Source: Raillietiella orientalis (Eukaryota). From it: a DNA stretch of 64,000 nucleotides. The stretch covers positions 3,534,001 to 3,598,000 of the forward strand of contig JAYWIR010000011.1 of NCBI GenBank assembly GCA_036172245.1, written 5' to 3'. The translations under genes were made by a program, and so were the position numbers. Shown here one piece after another: positions 10,961 to 23,988 of the stretch (positions within the stretch are counted from its first letter, which is position 1; each line of letters begins with the position of its first letter). The notes below the pieces were generated by a model. It had not been told where the DNA came from, ran no database searches, and worked only from the letters and a program-made list of their open reading frames with translations.

Positions 10961-13900
10961 CTGCTTTGGTTTTAGATACTCTTTGGCACCTCAAACTGAG
11001 GCACAGCATCAGTTTGGAAGTGAAAGGTACTCCACGCGATCTCACGAGATTCCCGACCAACAAATTCAACAGTCATTCCCGGAGGCGTTCTCTTCTGCTG
11101 AGCTGAATTCGAGCTGCTTCCCTGAAGCTTTCAAGAGCTTGCTACGGGTTTTCTAGCGGTTGCTGAACATCGAACATTGCCACGCCTCGCTCGCTAAGCT
11201 CACACACGTTTCGAGAACCGTATGGGAATTTAACCACTTTGTGCAATGCAGTGCACCACTCTTCCAAAGCGTTGTTGTCACTGAAGTTGTAGCCATCTGC
11301 TGAGATGCGGGAAGTTTTCTCTCGGTGGTTCCGTCTTGTGAGCGGAAAGGGAAGTTTACCGTCCGGTCACGCTGGGGGAGTTTATTCGAAGGAACAAACA
11401 AGTTGGGAATGCGATTCCAAGCGAAAAACAAAAAAGAACTTCAAGGTGAAGGTCCACTGACATGCAGGTAGGTCAAGTCCGGAACGGATGGGAAGCAAGC
11501 AGTAGGTAGATAATTCAAAAAGGAAACTCGGCAAACCGGAAACGCGTTTTGTGCATATTGTGTGGCTTTTCGTTTTGGTGGCAGTCTGCCCGTGGTTGTC
11601 ATAGAAACGGGTCGAAAAATAGGAAGGTTCTTAACCAACCTTCTGGTTGGATGTACGAGAAAGCTTCGTCACCATGAAATCGGAAGATTCCGCTGGCTGA
11701 AGAGCAGATCACCTTGGATGGCCTAAAACATGCGTGGAGAACCTCCTTGTAGCAACGGACCTCTCATCTGTTGGAATAATGTGCTGCAGGCCACAAATCT
11801 TTGCACAACAACTTCTTAGTTTATCATTTACAACGGAGGAGTTCATTAATTTTGTTCTTCTATTTGTATAAGCTTTCTAATTTCAATGAGTGCAACTACT
11901 AAGTTATCTTACTCTGGCTGCGAGTCCTCGAGATGAGCTCACAGGAAAAGACTTTGAAGACATGAGAAAAAAGCGTCTCTTCTCAACGACAGTTACGTGC
12001 ATAAAAAAAAAATAAGGCGAGGCAGCCATGGAATGGCAGGAAAAAACCAAAAAATCCCATTCTGAATAAAACTGTGGTCAAATTCCATGTCTCCATTGCA
12101 TTCAGTTTTCAGATTTATTAAATTGTGTTACCAACAATTTTTTTTCCATAGGTGGCTTAAGCCTGTTTTTCATATCTGGGTATTAAAAGTTTTTCCTTCT
12201 CTCATCTGCAGGAAAAGTTTAATAAAGCATAATAAAAAATCAATTTAAATTCATAACGTATATATATATAACGTATATACATGTTCCTGTGCCATGATTC
12301 ATCCTTTCCTGTAACGCTCACAGTAATGAAAAGCAAAATTAACAAAAGTTTTGATTACATAATGATTCTTTATTGGTTCATCGTTTATTACTGGCGCTGA
12401 TCAGATATGCACTTAATGAGATTTTTGCGACAGTTTCTCTTGCGCAATCTTCGCATCAGCACGGGAATGCGAAGCGGCAATGGCAGGTTGGCTGGGGAGG
12501 TTCCCGTCTGGGGAACCCACACCCATTTCCACATTTTGAAGCGGCCATTTCTGAGTGAAGCTGCTTTGCACCCCAAGGGCACTTTCCAACCAAATGCACC
12601 AGCGATCTCATGGTCGCTTCAAAATTGGATCAAATTCTCATTTTATTTCTGAAAGTTTCAAAAAGTTTTGAAAACTAAATTGAAAAAAAAAAAAAAATTT
12701 TGCGGCTGTATGAGAAAGATTCCTGGACCGCTGCATGCCAATCCGAAGGTTTTCCTTGGTTTCTCTGAACCCAAGGATGGCCAACAAGAAACGAGAAGGC
12801 CAGATGATGGAAAATGAACTTCGCAACCAGGTGACCCGAAGAAGAGATGCACTCACGTGATGGTAAAACTGAAGGAGAAAAAAAAAGAGCAAATAATCAA
12901 GCGATAATTAGAGGAAACGGATCTTCAGCATGCCTTCAAGGCAGCATTGGAACACTCCGGGAACGTAAGCAATGAAGCAGTGAAGACAACCGAGCCCTCA
13001 CACAAGCATCATGAAAGAGTGACGGAGCTCATTCCGAGCTGAAAGATGGAAAATCTTTGCCTTCGGTTCAGTCCTGCAGCTTCGCAGCTTTGCCTTCCCA
13101 TTCAGACGTTGGCGAGGAAGGAGTCCAGGAGCACATCCGGACAGCTTTTGAAAAAGAGGGCCAAATGGACACACGAACTCGGCTGCCTTTGATTTTTCGG
13201 GAGCAGCTAGCAGGAGATGCACGTCCTCGCCAACCTGGCCCGAAAGATTTGTCGCTCCGTGAGTTGATACCCACAGAGTGAATTTCTGAGAGAGGAAGGA
13301 AGGAAGCCAAAAAAAAAAGAAAGAAAGAAAAAGGATGGTTAATGTACAGCCATCGCTATTCATCAACATTTGCTGCCAGTTCCGTCCTAAAAAGTCAATC
13401 TAAGATTTGCTTCGATGCTTACTTAGATCAGGATTGCCAGCAATCAATCTTCCTAATCCTATTCCATCTCCGACATGGAACACTGGAATGAAATTGCATC
13501 TTGAGGATAGAGATTCCAAATTTGCCACGGGCTGGAACAAGTGCACGGAAGAGGAAAAACGAAATGGAAAGGCATATTGACTTGTCGAATCACGCTGAGG
13601 ATAGAGTGCGCCTAATTCCTCAGAGCAACGAGGGAAGGGAGGAGAGGAAAGCCTGCATGCAGACTTCCACTTGATTGAATGGAGCACGAGACTCCACGTG
13701 TTTCCGAAGAACGAAAGAAGAAGGAAAAAACCAGATGGCAATCAGGACACACATGTCAATGTTGCGAGGAGTTGCAAGGAGCCAACCGCCTTGCGGATGG
13801 GATGTCCGAACGCGGAACCTCCTGAGAAGTGGATCGGAGGAGAAAAGCTTCGGTCCACATCCTATGGAGAGAAGGTGAACGAGGAACAGTCTCAAGGAAA

Positions 13901-15974
13901 TTGATGAAAAGAGTCTCAAGCTCAGGAGGATCTTAGGAAGCTGGAAGAGAGTTTGGGCACAGGCAAATTGTTTGTCTATGCCCAAACTCCACCATCTCTT
14001 CACGAAGAGACTGCAGAGTTCGTGAAGACACTCGAGAAAGACAGGAGAACATGTGAGGGGATGGAACTTCACTCGATCTGTTGCCAAGGGGACAGAACCG
14101 CATCCAAACGAAAGATGGCAGAGCTCCTCTGTTGGGAAAGGGGTTTCCATCCTTAATGAGAATCAGAAATTTCCTGCTTCCTCTCATCTCTTCCGTCCTG
14201 TTTCTCTTCCTTTCGAAACGAGTACTTCTCGATCGACGTGAGAAGTCCGGGAAGCTGGCGAAGAAGATGCGGAACATGATACTCAGATTATGTACGATCA
14301 ACTACATCCATCATTCGCTCTCTTCTCGATCACTTCCCGTGGATACTTTGTCTAGCAATTCCTTCAGCATCCACTGTTCCAATTGTCCACGACGTGAATT
14401 TCCGCTTCTAGTGAAGCCGTCCGAGGTGTTCCACTCAGGATTCCGCTTTGTCGGGCTCATTTGGGCAGCTGGACCAAGAGCAGCCGAAAATAGGGATTCG
14501 ATCCTTTGTCGTCACAGAAGGTCGGCAAGCGGAATTTCAGGAAGGCTGGAGCGGAAGCCCCCTATTTAACCTCCATGACATGCTTCAGCGAAAAGAGTTT
14601 CTTGTCAAACAGTCCTGGACTCACCTCTGTTCTCCGTGACCTAATGGATGTTTCCGAAGTCGTTTGCTGCGTGAAATCCCACTCCAATAACCCTCAGGGG
14701 ACTTCCTCTGCAGCCCAAGACGCTGCAGTGCGTACTGCTGTGCGAAGCACCAGTTCCAAGAAACCTCTTGTGGCTCCTCTGCGAACTGACCAGTATTGGA
14801 GCTGACACATCCATTCTTCCCTGCTCGCACAATGAGTATCCATCAGGATTAGCCACCATCCTCACCACCTGGTTATTCCAGTGGTGAAGACTTTCCCTTC
14901 CGGCTGGAAACCTACGAGAACGAGGATACTGGAGGGAGCGGACTGCTGGAGAAAAGTTTCGCTCCCCTCCCCTTTCCCTGCGACCGCTCCCATGTGTTCG
15001 CATGCAGGACCGCCGCCAGCGGCTTTTCTCGGGTCTCCAGCAGGTCCCCCGGACCGCTGGATGTCGCTCCTTGCTTCCCTGGAATTGCAAGTTTGCTGAG
15101 ACCCTTGGTTTTCCCGCCACGAAGTCTAATCGTCTCCTCCGGTGCCGTCTAGATGGCTCCTCTCGAGTGGGTAGGTGCTCGTCGCTCTGCAACAGCTCCA
15201 GGTCAGGCCGCAGCCTGTCTGCCTCAGGACTCCTCCGCCGCCGATCTTCCGAGCCTCTCCGTGAGCTCGTCGTGGAGTTTGGTGCCTCCGCGCAGCTGTT
15301 CGTAGCACATCGGTCGGGTGTGCACCGGGGGGATCTTCTCCTCCCCTCCCACGCAGCATGCCTTCCGCCTGGACGGAGGGCATCGTAAGAGCGCTGAATG
15401 CTGTTAAGCCGTGATCCGCAAGGTCCCTGTGAACACCACTGCACAGGAGGGGTTGAGGACATCCCTCGGTCAAGCTGTGTCTCCATGAGGGAGCTCCATG
15501 CCTCCCGGCGTTTAGCGTGCGAGACCCAGCAGTCCGCTCTCCTCGCGTTGTCTTGATCGGCAGTGAGGTCCCTCCAGCCCCGGTCCTTGGTTCCCTGCCA
15601 TCGAAACTTCATTCGTGTTGCCTTTAGTCGGGTGGAAGCCTGTGGTTCATAGATACCTTTTGAAGCCCTATTGGGCGCGTATCGCCCCTTGTTTCAGGTT
15701 TTCTGTCTGCTAGGCATCCGGAGCTCTCCGAGAGACCTCGCCTTTCTTCAGACGCCATTGGAGCTGTTGTTGTCACTCCGTCGGCAGAAACGAGAGACAG
15801 TTTCCCTTCCTGTTGAGTTTCTTGCTGTCGATTTCTCACAAGAGTAGGAAAAACTGACCTTCATCCTGCAGCACCGGATCTAGAGGACTGACCCAAGGAA
15901 GAATTCCTTGGGTCGATCCCCGGCACTGGCTTGTAGCAAGCAGGCTTTGATGGAAATTTTTTTGGATCCTTCTA

Positions 15975-16766
15975 TTTTCGTTGTTTTCCTTTCAGCTCTT
16001 TTTGGTGGAGTGGGGTCTTTTCTTGTTCTCCAAGTGCTGAAGAATCGTTCACCTCCTTGGGAGAAAGGGGAGGGATTCACAAAGCTCTTTGACACCGCCC
16101 ACACCATCCGAGGGTGCGTGCAGCTCTTCAAGTTAGGGGGCAACCCAGATGGACCACTCTATGAATCCAAGAACGTCCTGGAGGAAGGAATCCGTTCCTT
16201 TCTAACTTGGGAGGGAACCCCGTACAGAACCGAAGGGGGACCACTCCTCATTTCTTCTCCGAAGGGAGCTCGCAAAGGATCTGCTCCTGGTATTTCTTCT
16301 CTGTAGGGGCCCTTCGGAAAACATCTGCTCCTGATTTCCTCCGCCCCTAAAGAGAATTCCGAAGGGACTCTTCCAGTTTCTCTGAAGGGTGCTCCCCGAA
16401 GGGAGCAGAGCACTTCTTGACACTCTCGAGAGATATCAATGCACCAGCTCCATGGTATCGGATGGAGGATCCCCCTCTAAGGCTGAAGGGAGAACGGCTC
16501 CAGTTGCCCAAACGGAGGGGAACCTGCTCATTGATTTCTGGAAGGATTCCGTAGGCTCAACTTCAAATCCTGGCCATTCAAAGGGGACATCGGATCTCCT
16601 CCTTGCACCAGTGTCGCACCCTACTGTAGTTCCACCAGCATCATCCTGCAGGGGGGACCCGAATCCCACGATGCACTTATTTCCTGGCGTCGGTAAGATT
16701 CGAACTCACAGATCTCGGTGCTATGGGCGTAGACCTCAGCCACACTGCTCTTCTCTCTTGAGTCAT
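15975..16766 (-). mobile_element. SINE-like element, family A, near full length
   Basis: The reverse complement has the head gcagtgtggctgaggtc...agcaccgag...gagttcgaatc (B-box at 16697-16705), the same body blocks (ccatggagctggtgca.tgata, cccttcagagaaact) and the same 3' block. Confidence 0.85.
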
Positions 16767-17099
16767 CGAAAATTCAGATCATGGTGATGAAGTTCCGGTT
16801 TTTCACCCAGGTCGCCCCCCAAATTTCTCTTGACCCCGTCTTTTGAGTGCTTGCTCCCAAGATCCTTTAACGGCTATTCAGCTGAAGAAGCTGAGTTTTC
16901 GGTGTTCAGGTGTGTAGGTAAAGCATGGCCTCTACTGCATTTTGGCGAAGAGCGACCTGTTTTCTCATATCGTAAGTCGGCTCGTGGACCGCTACCATCG
17001 TGAAGCTTGTCGGTCCTACCTCTAGGATTGACCTACTGACGCTCGCACTCCTGGCAATACATGCACTCCTGACTCTTTAAGGAATCCAAAGTATCCCAA

Positions 17100-17300
17100 A
17101 CCTTCACTTGAAAAGAAGCACGCAACGATTCCATTCTGAGTCGCCAGGAACACCGTGCATTGGGGATTGCTTCCCACGAGATCCCGTCAATTTTCTTTCC
17201 TGTGCTGCAGATCTCGAAAACAGTTCAAACCGATCGGTACAGAGGAAAAGGAAAGAAGGATTTGTGGATGAGAAATGTGAATAGTTGTTGCTGGGGCGCT
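17100..17300 (-). mobile_element. Decayed LINE RT fragment
   Basis: SRSAAQERKLTGSRGKQSPMHGVPGDS...LLF resembles R.Q.V...G..S.....GVPQGS..P.LF. Confidence 0.35.
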
Positions 17301-17689
17301 GAGAAGCCGGCAACTTTAGGGATTGACGTCCTTTCCCTATTGGGCCCTTCCTGCTCACGTCTCCTTGGTTCCTCGCCGCACCTGGGGTGCTGAGTGGACC
17401 AAAACTATCAGTCCGTTCTTCTTCCTTAGATAGCATTCGATGACCGGCCACCTAAGCGGCCGCCATCTTGGTCGGCGTGTTGCAGACGTTCATGGAACTG
17501 GAGGAATCTCCTTGGAGCGTTGAGGAAATTCCAAGGAGTCATCCACGTTGGTCATGGCGTTCCACCTGCAGCTAAATTTGGATGAGCTACGGTGGCGCAG
17601 CCGAGAAACCAGATGATGGATCCGAAGAGAACCGGAAATGCGTTGAGAAAGATTTCGACACCTGGACGATGCAGGCGTTTTGTCGGAAA

Positions 17690-18285
17690 CAGGACGCCCC
17701 TGCTGAGTGGCCGGCATTGGAAGTGGACCCTCCGGGGTCCTTTCGGGAATCAAGAAGCCCTTTGGGGTCCCTGTCCGGTTGTGAAAATGGATTCGTATTC
17801 CCCCCCGGGAGCGATCCTCCATCGCGGTCCATGAACTGGTTGATACCCCTCGGGGTTTGCCTTTCCAATGTGTGAGAAGCGCGCTGCTCCCTTAGGGGAG
17901 CGCCCTTCAGAGAAATTTGGAAACGTCCCTTCAGGGTTCTCTTTAAAGGAGGAGGAAACAAGGAGCGCTTCCCATGCGGGTTCCTTTCAGAGAAGCAACG
18001 AGAAGTTCCTTATTCCTTCCGGGGGATCATCCGGAGAAAATAAGGAAGAGGTTCCCTTCGGGGGTTCCTTCGGAGACAACCAAGGTGGAGGGCTCCCTTA
18101 GGGATTCTCTCTCAAGCATAAAAGGGACGGACTCCTTCTTCAGAGCTGGATCCATAGGGTGGTCCCTTCGGGATTACCCCTTATGAATTGAAGATTTACA
18201 CGCCCCCCCCGGATGGCATGGACGGTGTCAAGGAGCTTTGTAAGCTCCCCTTAAGAGACGAACGGTTTGCGAACCAAAAGAAAGA
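17690..18285 (+). mobile_element. SINE-like element, family A, 5'-truncated
   Basis: gcattggaagtggaccctccggggtcctttcgggaatcaagaag, gaagcgcgctgctcccttaggggagcgcccttcagagaaatttgg and the 3' block match the other copies. Confidence 0.85.
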
Positions 18286-21200
18286 GAGCCGTAGGCGATT
18301 CCCAGCATAACAAAGTGTCTTGATAAATAATGCTTTTGAACATGCGCAGCACGGTCTTTCTCCAGCCTGCGGTGCTTCTCGGTGCCTTCTCGGTTGCGCA
18401 GTCCGTGCTTGCGAGAATTCCTCCCAGCAGAAAGGAACGCCGCTGGAAAGTCCTTGGTGTGTTCCGGTGTGAAGCTACCCAAGCTTCCATGGGTGATGGT
18501 CATCAGGCGGGAGGTAGAGATGAGATCTTGGATGAGACAGTGATCATTTCCACTTCATAGAGTGGCTCACTTACAGTCGGCAGTGGTTCCTTTCGTTATT
18601 CGTTGTTTTTGTTTCTTTTACTTGCAGGAGCAGCATCGGCTGAGTGGATTGGATGGTCACTGAGCTTCGTGCTCGGACGCTGCAATAAGAAGGAATCCCA
18701 CATTCTCAACGTGCTGAAAATTCTGTAGCAAGAAGCTGGACAGACTCTTCTTCGCAGATGAGTGTCATCTGCTGCTGGGGATTCTTACCGTCGAGTTCTC
18801 ATGGCTTGAATTTCGGGTCCTTTTCCAGCATCCGAGGCATCTTCATGGATCATGACGAGGGGAGAAGCCTTGACTTTTTTCGGAAAGCAGAACCCTCTGG
18901 AAGTAGTCACCGTCTTCGATGACTTTGTACCCGAACGGAGTCTGGTCCATGCGCAGATACATGTGACGCAACTGCACGGATCGTTGATAATTGAGACCAA
19001 GAGGAGATACTCAGACGAATAACTTCAGGATAATGCCTTTTGCGTGGGTGGATGTTTATGCAGGAAATGACTTCTGGATTTACTAAGCCTCTGGATTCCT
19101 TTTTCCTGCTAGGGTTTGAAGAACCCTTCCCGGATACATCATCTTCCCTACATCCATCAATAAGGGAACGATAAGGATTTTTTTTTTCGTTTTGCACTTG
19201 CTCTTCCGGAGTCTTAAAATGCATTCTCGCTCTCTGGGAAACAGAATAGAAAGGCCGAGCTCAGAGTTCGCATCTTCGGAAGCAATCAATTTCTGTGAGA
19301 TCAATGCTCTCTGGAATCATCTCAGTTCTGACCCCATCACATTTATCGTGAAAGGAGGTCGCCTCTCCTCCCTTTCCCGATAACCAGGCAGCAGAAATGG
19401 AAGTCTTCGGCATGAATGGGAAGTATGGAAAATGCCGTGCCTTCTGCAGCGACGTATCTATAAAGATTGTGGTCCTTGACTGCCACACGAACGCGGAGGG
19501 AACTGACTGAGCCCCAGGCTATTGCCGGTGCAGATTTCGTCCAGCTGCCTCATCCTGCCCGATCATCCAGACGTGTGACGGACATGAGCCTCGCCTGTGC
19601 CTTGGACTGGAGCACAACGTCGTGTCTCCCGTGGTTCACCTTAACGTATGGAGAACACATCAGGCACGAAGGTGTGCATCTCTTTCTCCGCACGCAGTTC
19701 GCCAGTCCCAAGAGGGACGCGACCATGTCTCCCTGGTGATGAGCCCGCACCTAGAACAGTCTTCTCGATCTGCTTGCCCGTGGAATGCCCACGCGCGAGA
19801 TCTTGATGAGGTGGTCTCCAACCACTCTCCCTGTTGACATCCACTGGTGATGACGGGCTTTCTTGACGAGGCAACGCGATCTTGTTTGTAGGGCCCTTCT
19901 CTTAGAGTGCCCGGTGGGACGTTCCAGTTGACAGTGAGCCCTCTGTTCTCCAGCGGTCTCAGAAGGATGCCCACCCACCCATCTTCCTGAAGTCCGCACT
20001 TATCTCCTAGGGGGATGAATCCAAGTTGCCTTCGTCTCCACGAAATGCTGCAGATCCGACGTCAGCAGCCACATTGGTTCTCACTTCGTTTTCAGTGGAG
20101 TGGGTTCCTCGGAATGCTGCCATCATCTTCCTTCACGAGAATAAATGCTGAATACGCGATTGTCATCAGGATGAGTTGAGGGACTCATGGTCATGAAGAA
20201 CACTACTCACCGTGCTTCGCTGCTCCATTCTTCATGGGAGAATCGTCTGTCTTCGGAGATGACTAGCCAACATCCTTAGATCAACAGCCACACCGTTCTG
20301 CTGTCCGTCGAAACATGAGGAAAAACATGCACACAGGGCACGGAAAGACCAAACACGGTCACACAACAACGAGGAAGCTCCAGGAGCAAATCGATGCTGA
20401 ACTCGCCAAGTCGTTCGATTTAATGATGATAGTGGTCACGATAAGGTGCGGCCTAACTCCTTTTTCCTGGGAGCTGAGGATGGCCTGGGTTGAGTCTTCC
20501 AAGAAGGGCCACGTGTGCAATCCACAGATCGCCGAACTTTTCCCGTCGGGCGTGGTCAGCGACGAGCTCTGTGGCCAGGCGTGTCAAACCTCTGCCGCGG
20601 CTCGCGGATGAGAAATCGGGCCAGAAAAGTAATCCCAAGTGCCGAGCGGTGCTTGAAATCGTCGATGGCTTTAGGTTCATCCTGCCTTTGGTCATTCACC
20701 ATCCTTCAAACCTTTGTACGCACTCATGACCTCAGGAGCTGCCGACAGCACGCCTAGAACCGCCTGCGAAGCAGGTAACTTCTTTCCTGTCGACTCGTTT
20801 GTTCCCCAGTACCTCCGATCTTGCCATGGTGTCCTCCTGGTTTGACTTCTTGGTTCTAATGGTGGTGGAACCTTCATCCCTTGCTTTCTCCTCCTCTCTG
20901 AAGATGCTCTGAGAGCGTCCGCCGAAATTCTTCTATGAAGTATTCTGAAGTCTCCAGAGAAAGTGGCTATAGAGAATTGCGAGATTTGAAATTCTGGGTT
21001 TTTCCAGAGCTCCCGTAAGTGTCTCCCGGAATGTAAGGAAGCGTCCTACATGTTCTGGGTTTCACGGTGGCTCCTTGACTCTCATTAACTCGCCATCAGC
21101 TCCTGCCTTTTTCGCATGGTTCAGACGGATGCTTCGATCATTTTTTTCGTTTGAGTGTCACTGGATAAATGGTCTTGGTCTCTAGGACGCTGCGCCAACC

Positions 21201-22886
21201 TGCAGAACCACCAGCAGTTTCTCCTCTGTAGGGAAAGTAGAAACAGAACCGAGAGAAGAGCTACAGAGTGCTGTGTGCTTGTGTATGTGTACATGTGAGA
21301 CTTCCTTTTTCTTGTTCTGTCTGCAATATCAGGGAAGGTCATTCCATGCTTCACTGCCCCTGCAATGTTCCTTGGAATTTGCGAGCATTGGAGAGATCCT
21401 TCTAAGGCTACATCTGGGATACCTCTGACAATATTATCCGCTCGTCCTTAGTTCGAGGAAATCTGCCGAACATTACTCGCTATGCAAATACTTTTTCTCG
21501 CTTCCTGGGAACTTCTCCTAGTTCCCGGTAGCATCAGGAACGGACTATTTTTGGAATCGGCTAGCTTGGAAAGAAGTTCTCCGTGACGTAATTTTTACGG
21601 CACCTTTGAGTAGCCAGAGGCCACAGTGCTTCTCAGCTGCAGGAGAATCAGCCTGCTGCTCCCTCATCTACATCCTAGGAAAGTCATCCTTCTAGGTCTC
21701 TTCATGTTTTTCTAGAACAAGCTGTACTCTCCTCTGCTCCTGGAAACCCTCAACTTTGAGTCCCAAAAGTGACATCCTTAATGATATTTCAAAATCTTCA
21801 GGATTTCTCAATATTGGGTGCACTGGAGACCAGCAAATTTGGGACCGCCATGTTTGCTCTTTCTGATTCCCACCCGAGTGCTCCGGGGCGTTTATTTCTA
21901 AACTATCCGGGAACAGGGTCCCCGGACAAAAAACACAGAAAAACGAATGGAGGGATCCCCGACACGCAGGTCGGTAAACCGAAAGTCCGAAACGGGAGGG
22001 AGGGGACCACAAATAGACATATAAAAAAATATGAATAAAGATATGGGGAGGGTAGGAAACAGGAGTCTTTGGCTTCGGCCGGTCTTTCACTTCGGTCTTT
22101 GCTCTTTCTAAAGTGCTTCCTTCAGACCCACTGTGCAAGCTGGAAGTTTGAAGAAGACAACGATGCAGCATGTGCTTTCTTTCCTTTCACTAGTAGACGC
22201 CATCAAGTGCTGACGATTGGAAAGAAGATTGTTGCCCAGGAAAAATCTGCCAAAACTTCTGCCCTCTGAGCAGCTGAACGGGTAGCATCCGTTTCATCTT
22301 ACTACCTTGCCTCTCTTCCCTTCCACGCTGTCTCGTTCTGGACTCTCAGCAGTCCGTTTGGAAAGAGAGGAAGAAGAAAGTGCGAGAAGAAAACGAGGGA
22401 ATGAAAGAGGGAAGAGAAAAAATCAGGCTCTTCCTTCCATGGGTAGCTTGCAGAGGTCCTTCTCCACGTACAGTCACAAACCGTGAACGCCACTTCGTTC
22501 ATGCTCCGTGAAGACGTGGTGCACGGGGCGACTGCGCAGAGAGGATCCTCCACGAACAATGCCCAGTTGCACTCTGGGGTTGTCTTCGACTTGATCTCGC
22601 CGTCTGTCAGGAGACAATCCCGCTCCCGTTGGTACCACGTGAGCGCGTGGCGATTCCGTGGGGATTGGGGTCCAGCACGGTACCGAGTATGGAGCACTCG
22701 CCGTTGTGGAAGGCACGATGGTCCGTCTCGCCACAAAGGAGGAAGGAGCGTCGCGAGTCTCCAGAAGCGCAAGCAGGAAGGGACAGCAACTGTGACGGCA
22801 TGTTTTCTTCCCCCCCCTCCTCTGTTTGTTCGTTTCTTCTGTTCCAACGGCTCTCCCAATTCCTACTATGTGACTGAGGATAAGAG

Positions 22887-22915
22887 ATGATGATGTCGTC
22901 TATCGATGCCAAAAG
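22887..22915 (+). CDS. Candidate first coding exon (MMMSSIDAK-R) of the ankyrin-repeat gene
   Basis: ATGATGATG preceded by an in-frame TAA (22881-22883). Consensus donor AAAG|GTAAGA in phase 2, which joins in frame to exon 40753 (AG+G=Arg, then KEKEV). Short exons like this can also occur by chance. Confidence 0.45.
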
Positions 22916-23850
22916 GTAAGACGCATGAATTCCGAGTTGATGACCGGGTGCAAGCACGTAGCATGCGCTTTCTCAGCAGATGGAGGGTGGCTGATTACCA
23001 AAGGGGGAAAGAGGAAAGAAAACTGGGTTGCTCAGGAGGGAAGCCAGAGCTTCTCTCTTTGTCCGTTTCCTTCCCAAATCTCATGCACATTCCCTATGAC
23101 CGATCTTCGTCAGTGTTCCTGTCAGAGCATCTCCAACGTGAAAACCATTTCATCAGCAGAGGAAGAAGCGTCAGTGTGGTCTTGTCTGCGTCGTGTGCGT
23201 GTGCGTGTAATGAGACCACACTACACTCTGCTCGAACAAGAGAGACTGTCTTTTTCCCCTTAATAGAATTCATTCTTTCTTGCTGTTCTGGCACCCTGGA
23301 AGCATTTCCACCGAGTAGAGATCAAAATGTCCGCCTATTCATGTTACTTTACTACGCAATTGAATTTCTTGGTGGAAGCACCAAATGTTCAGCGGCGATT
23401 TTTTGTGCGGTGAACAGAAAGGTCTTTGTGGAAGATGAGCTCAATATCACGTTTCCCCAAATGAAAACCAACATTCGAAACCAGAGTTCAGCAACTAAGC
23501 ACACGCAATAACATTAGTGAGTCTCCATGACTGCAATTCCGTCTCATTAAATGAGAGCGGCCGCGAACTTTGCACGTCTTCTTCCTAAAGCACGTTTTTT
23601 TTTTTTTAATGACCATGAAAGACAGTAGAACGCTTTTTCTCGGTACTTCCGAATAAAAAAATAATGAGAGAAATGGCTACGTGGCTGCAAATAATTGGCC
23701 TAGGCATATCGACAATTTAATGATTTGTAGAAAATTTCTTCCTTGAATCCAATTATCCAGTAATTAGTTGTCCGCCAGCTTCTCATGACTCCGTGGAGGA
23801 AAGAGTCGATAGCATTCTCGAAAGTTCACAAGACGCAGTCGCATCTGGCA

Positions 23851-23988
23851 AACAATGAGTACCGTGGCCGTTTTTTCTCCGAAACAAGGCAACAATGAGT
23901 ACCGTGGCCGTTTTTTCTCCGAAACAAGGCAACAATGGGTACCACGGCCGCTTTTTTCGGAACAATAAGGCAACAATGGATACCGCCG
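23851..23988. repeat. 40-bp minisatellite, ~3.4 units
   Basis: aacaatgagtaccgtggccgttttttctccgaaacaaggc is exact at 23851 and 23891, diverged at 23931 and partial at 23972. Confidence 0.97.

Noticed and set aside
14641..15612. Intact 323-aa protein-coding gene
   Set aside because: The Arg/Ser/Gly-rich translation is typical of an off-frame GC-rich read, with no recognisable domain or convincing gene structure.
17457..17470. YY1-like site GCGGCCGCCATCTT as a promoter
   Set aside because: A lone motif between repeats, with no other evidence for a transcription start.
23851..23988. CRISPR array
   Set aside because: The units are contiguous with no unique spacers, the context is eukaryotic and there are no cas genes.
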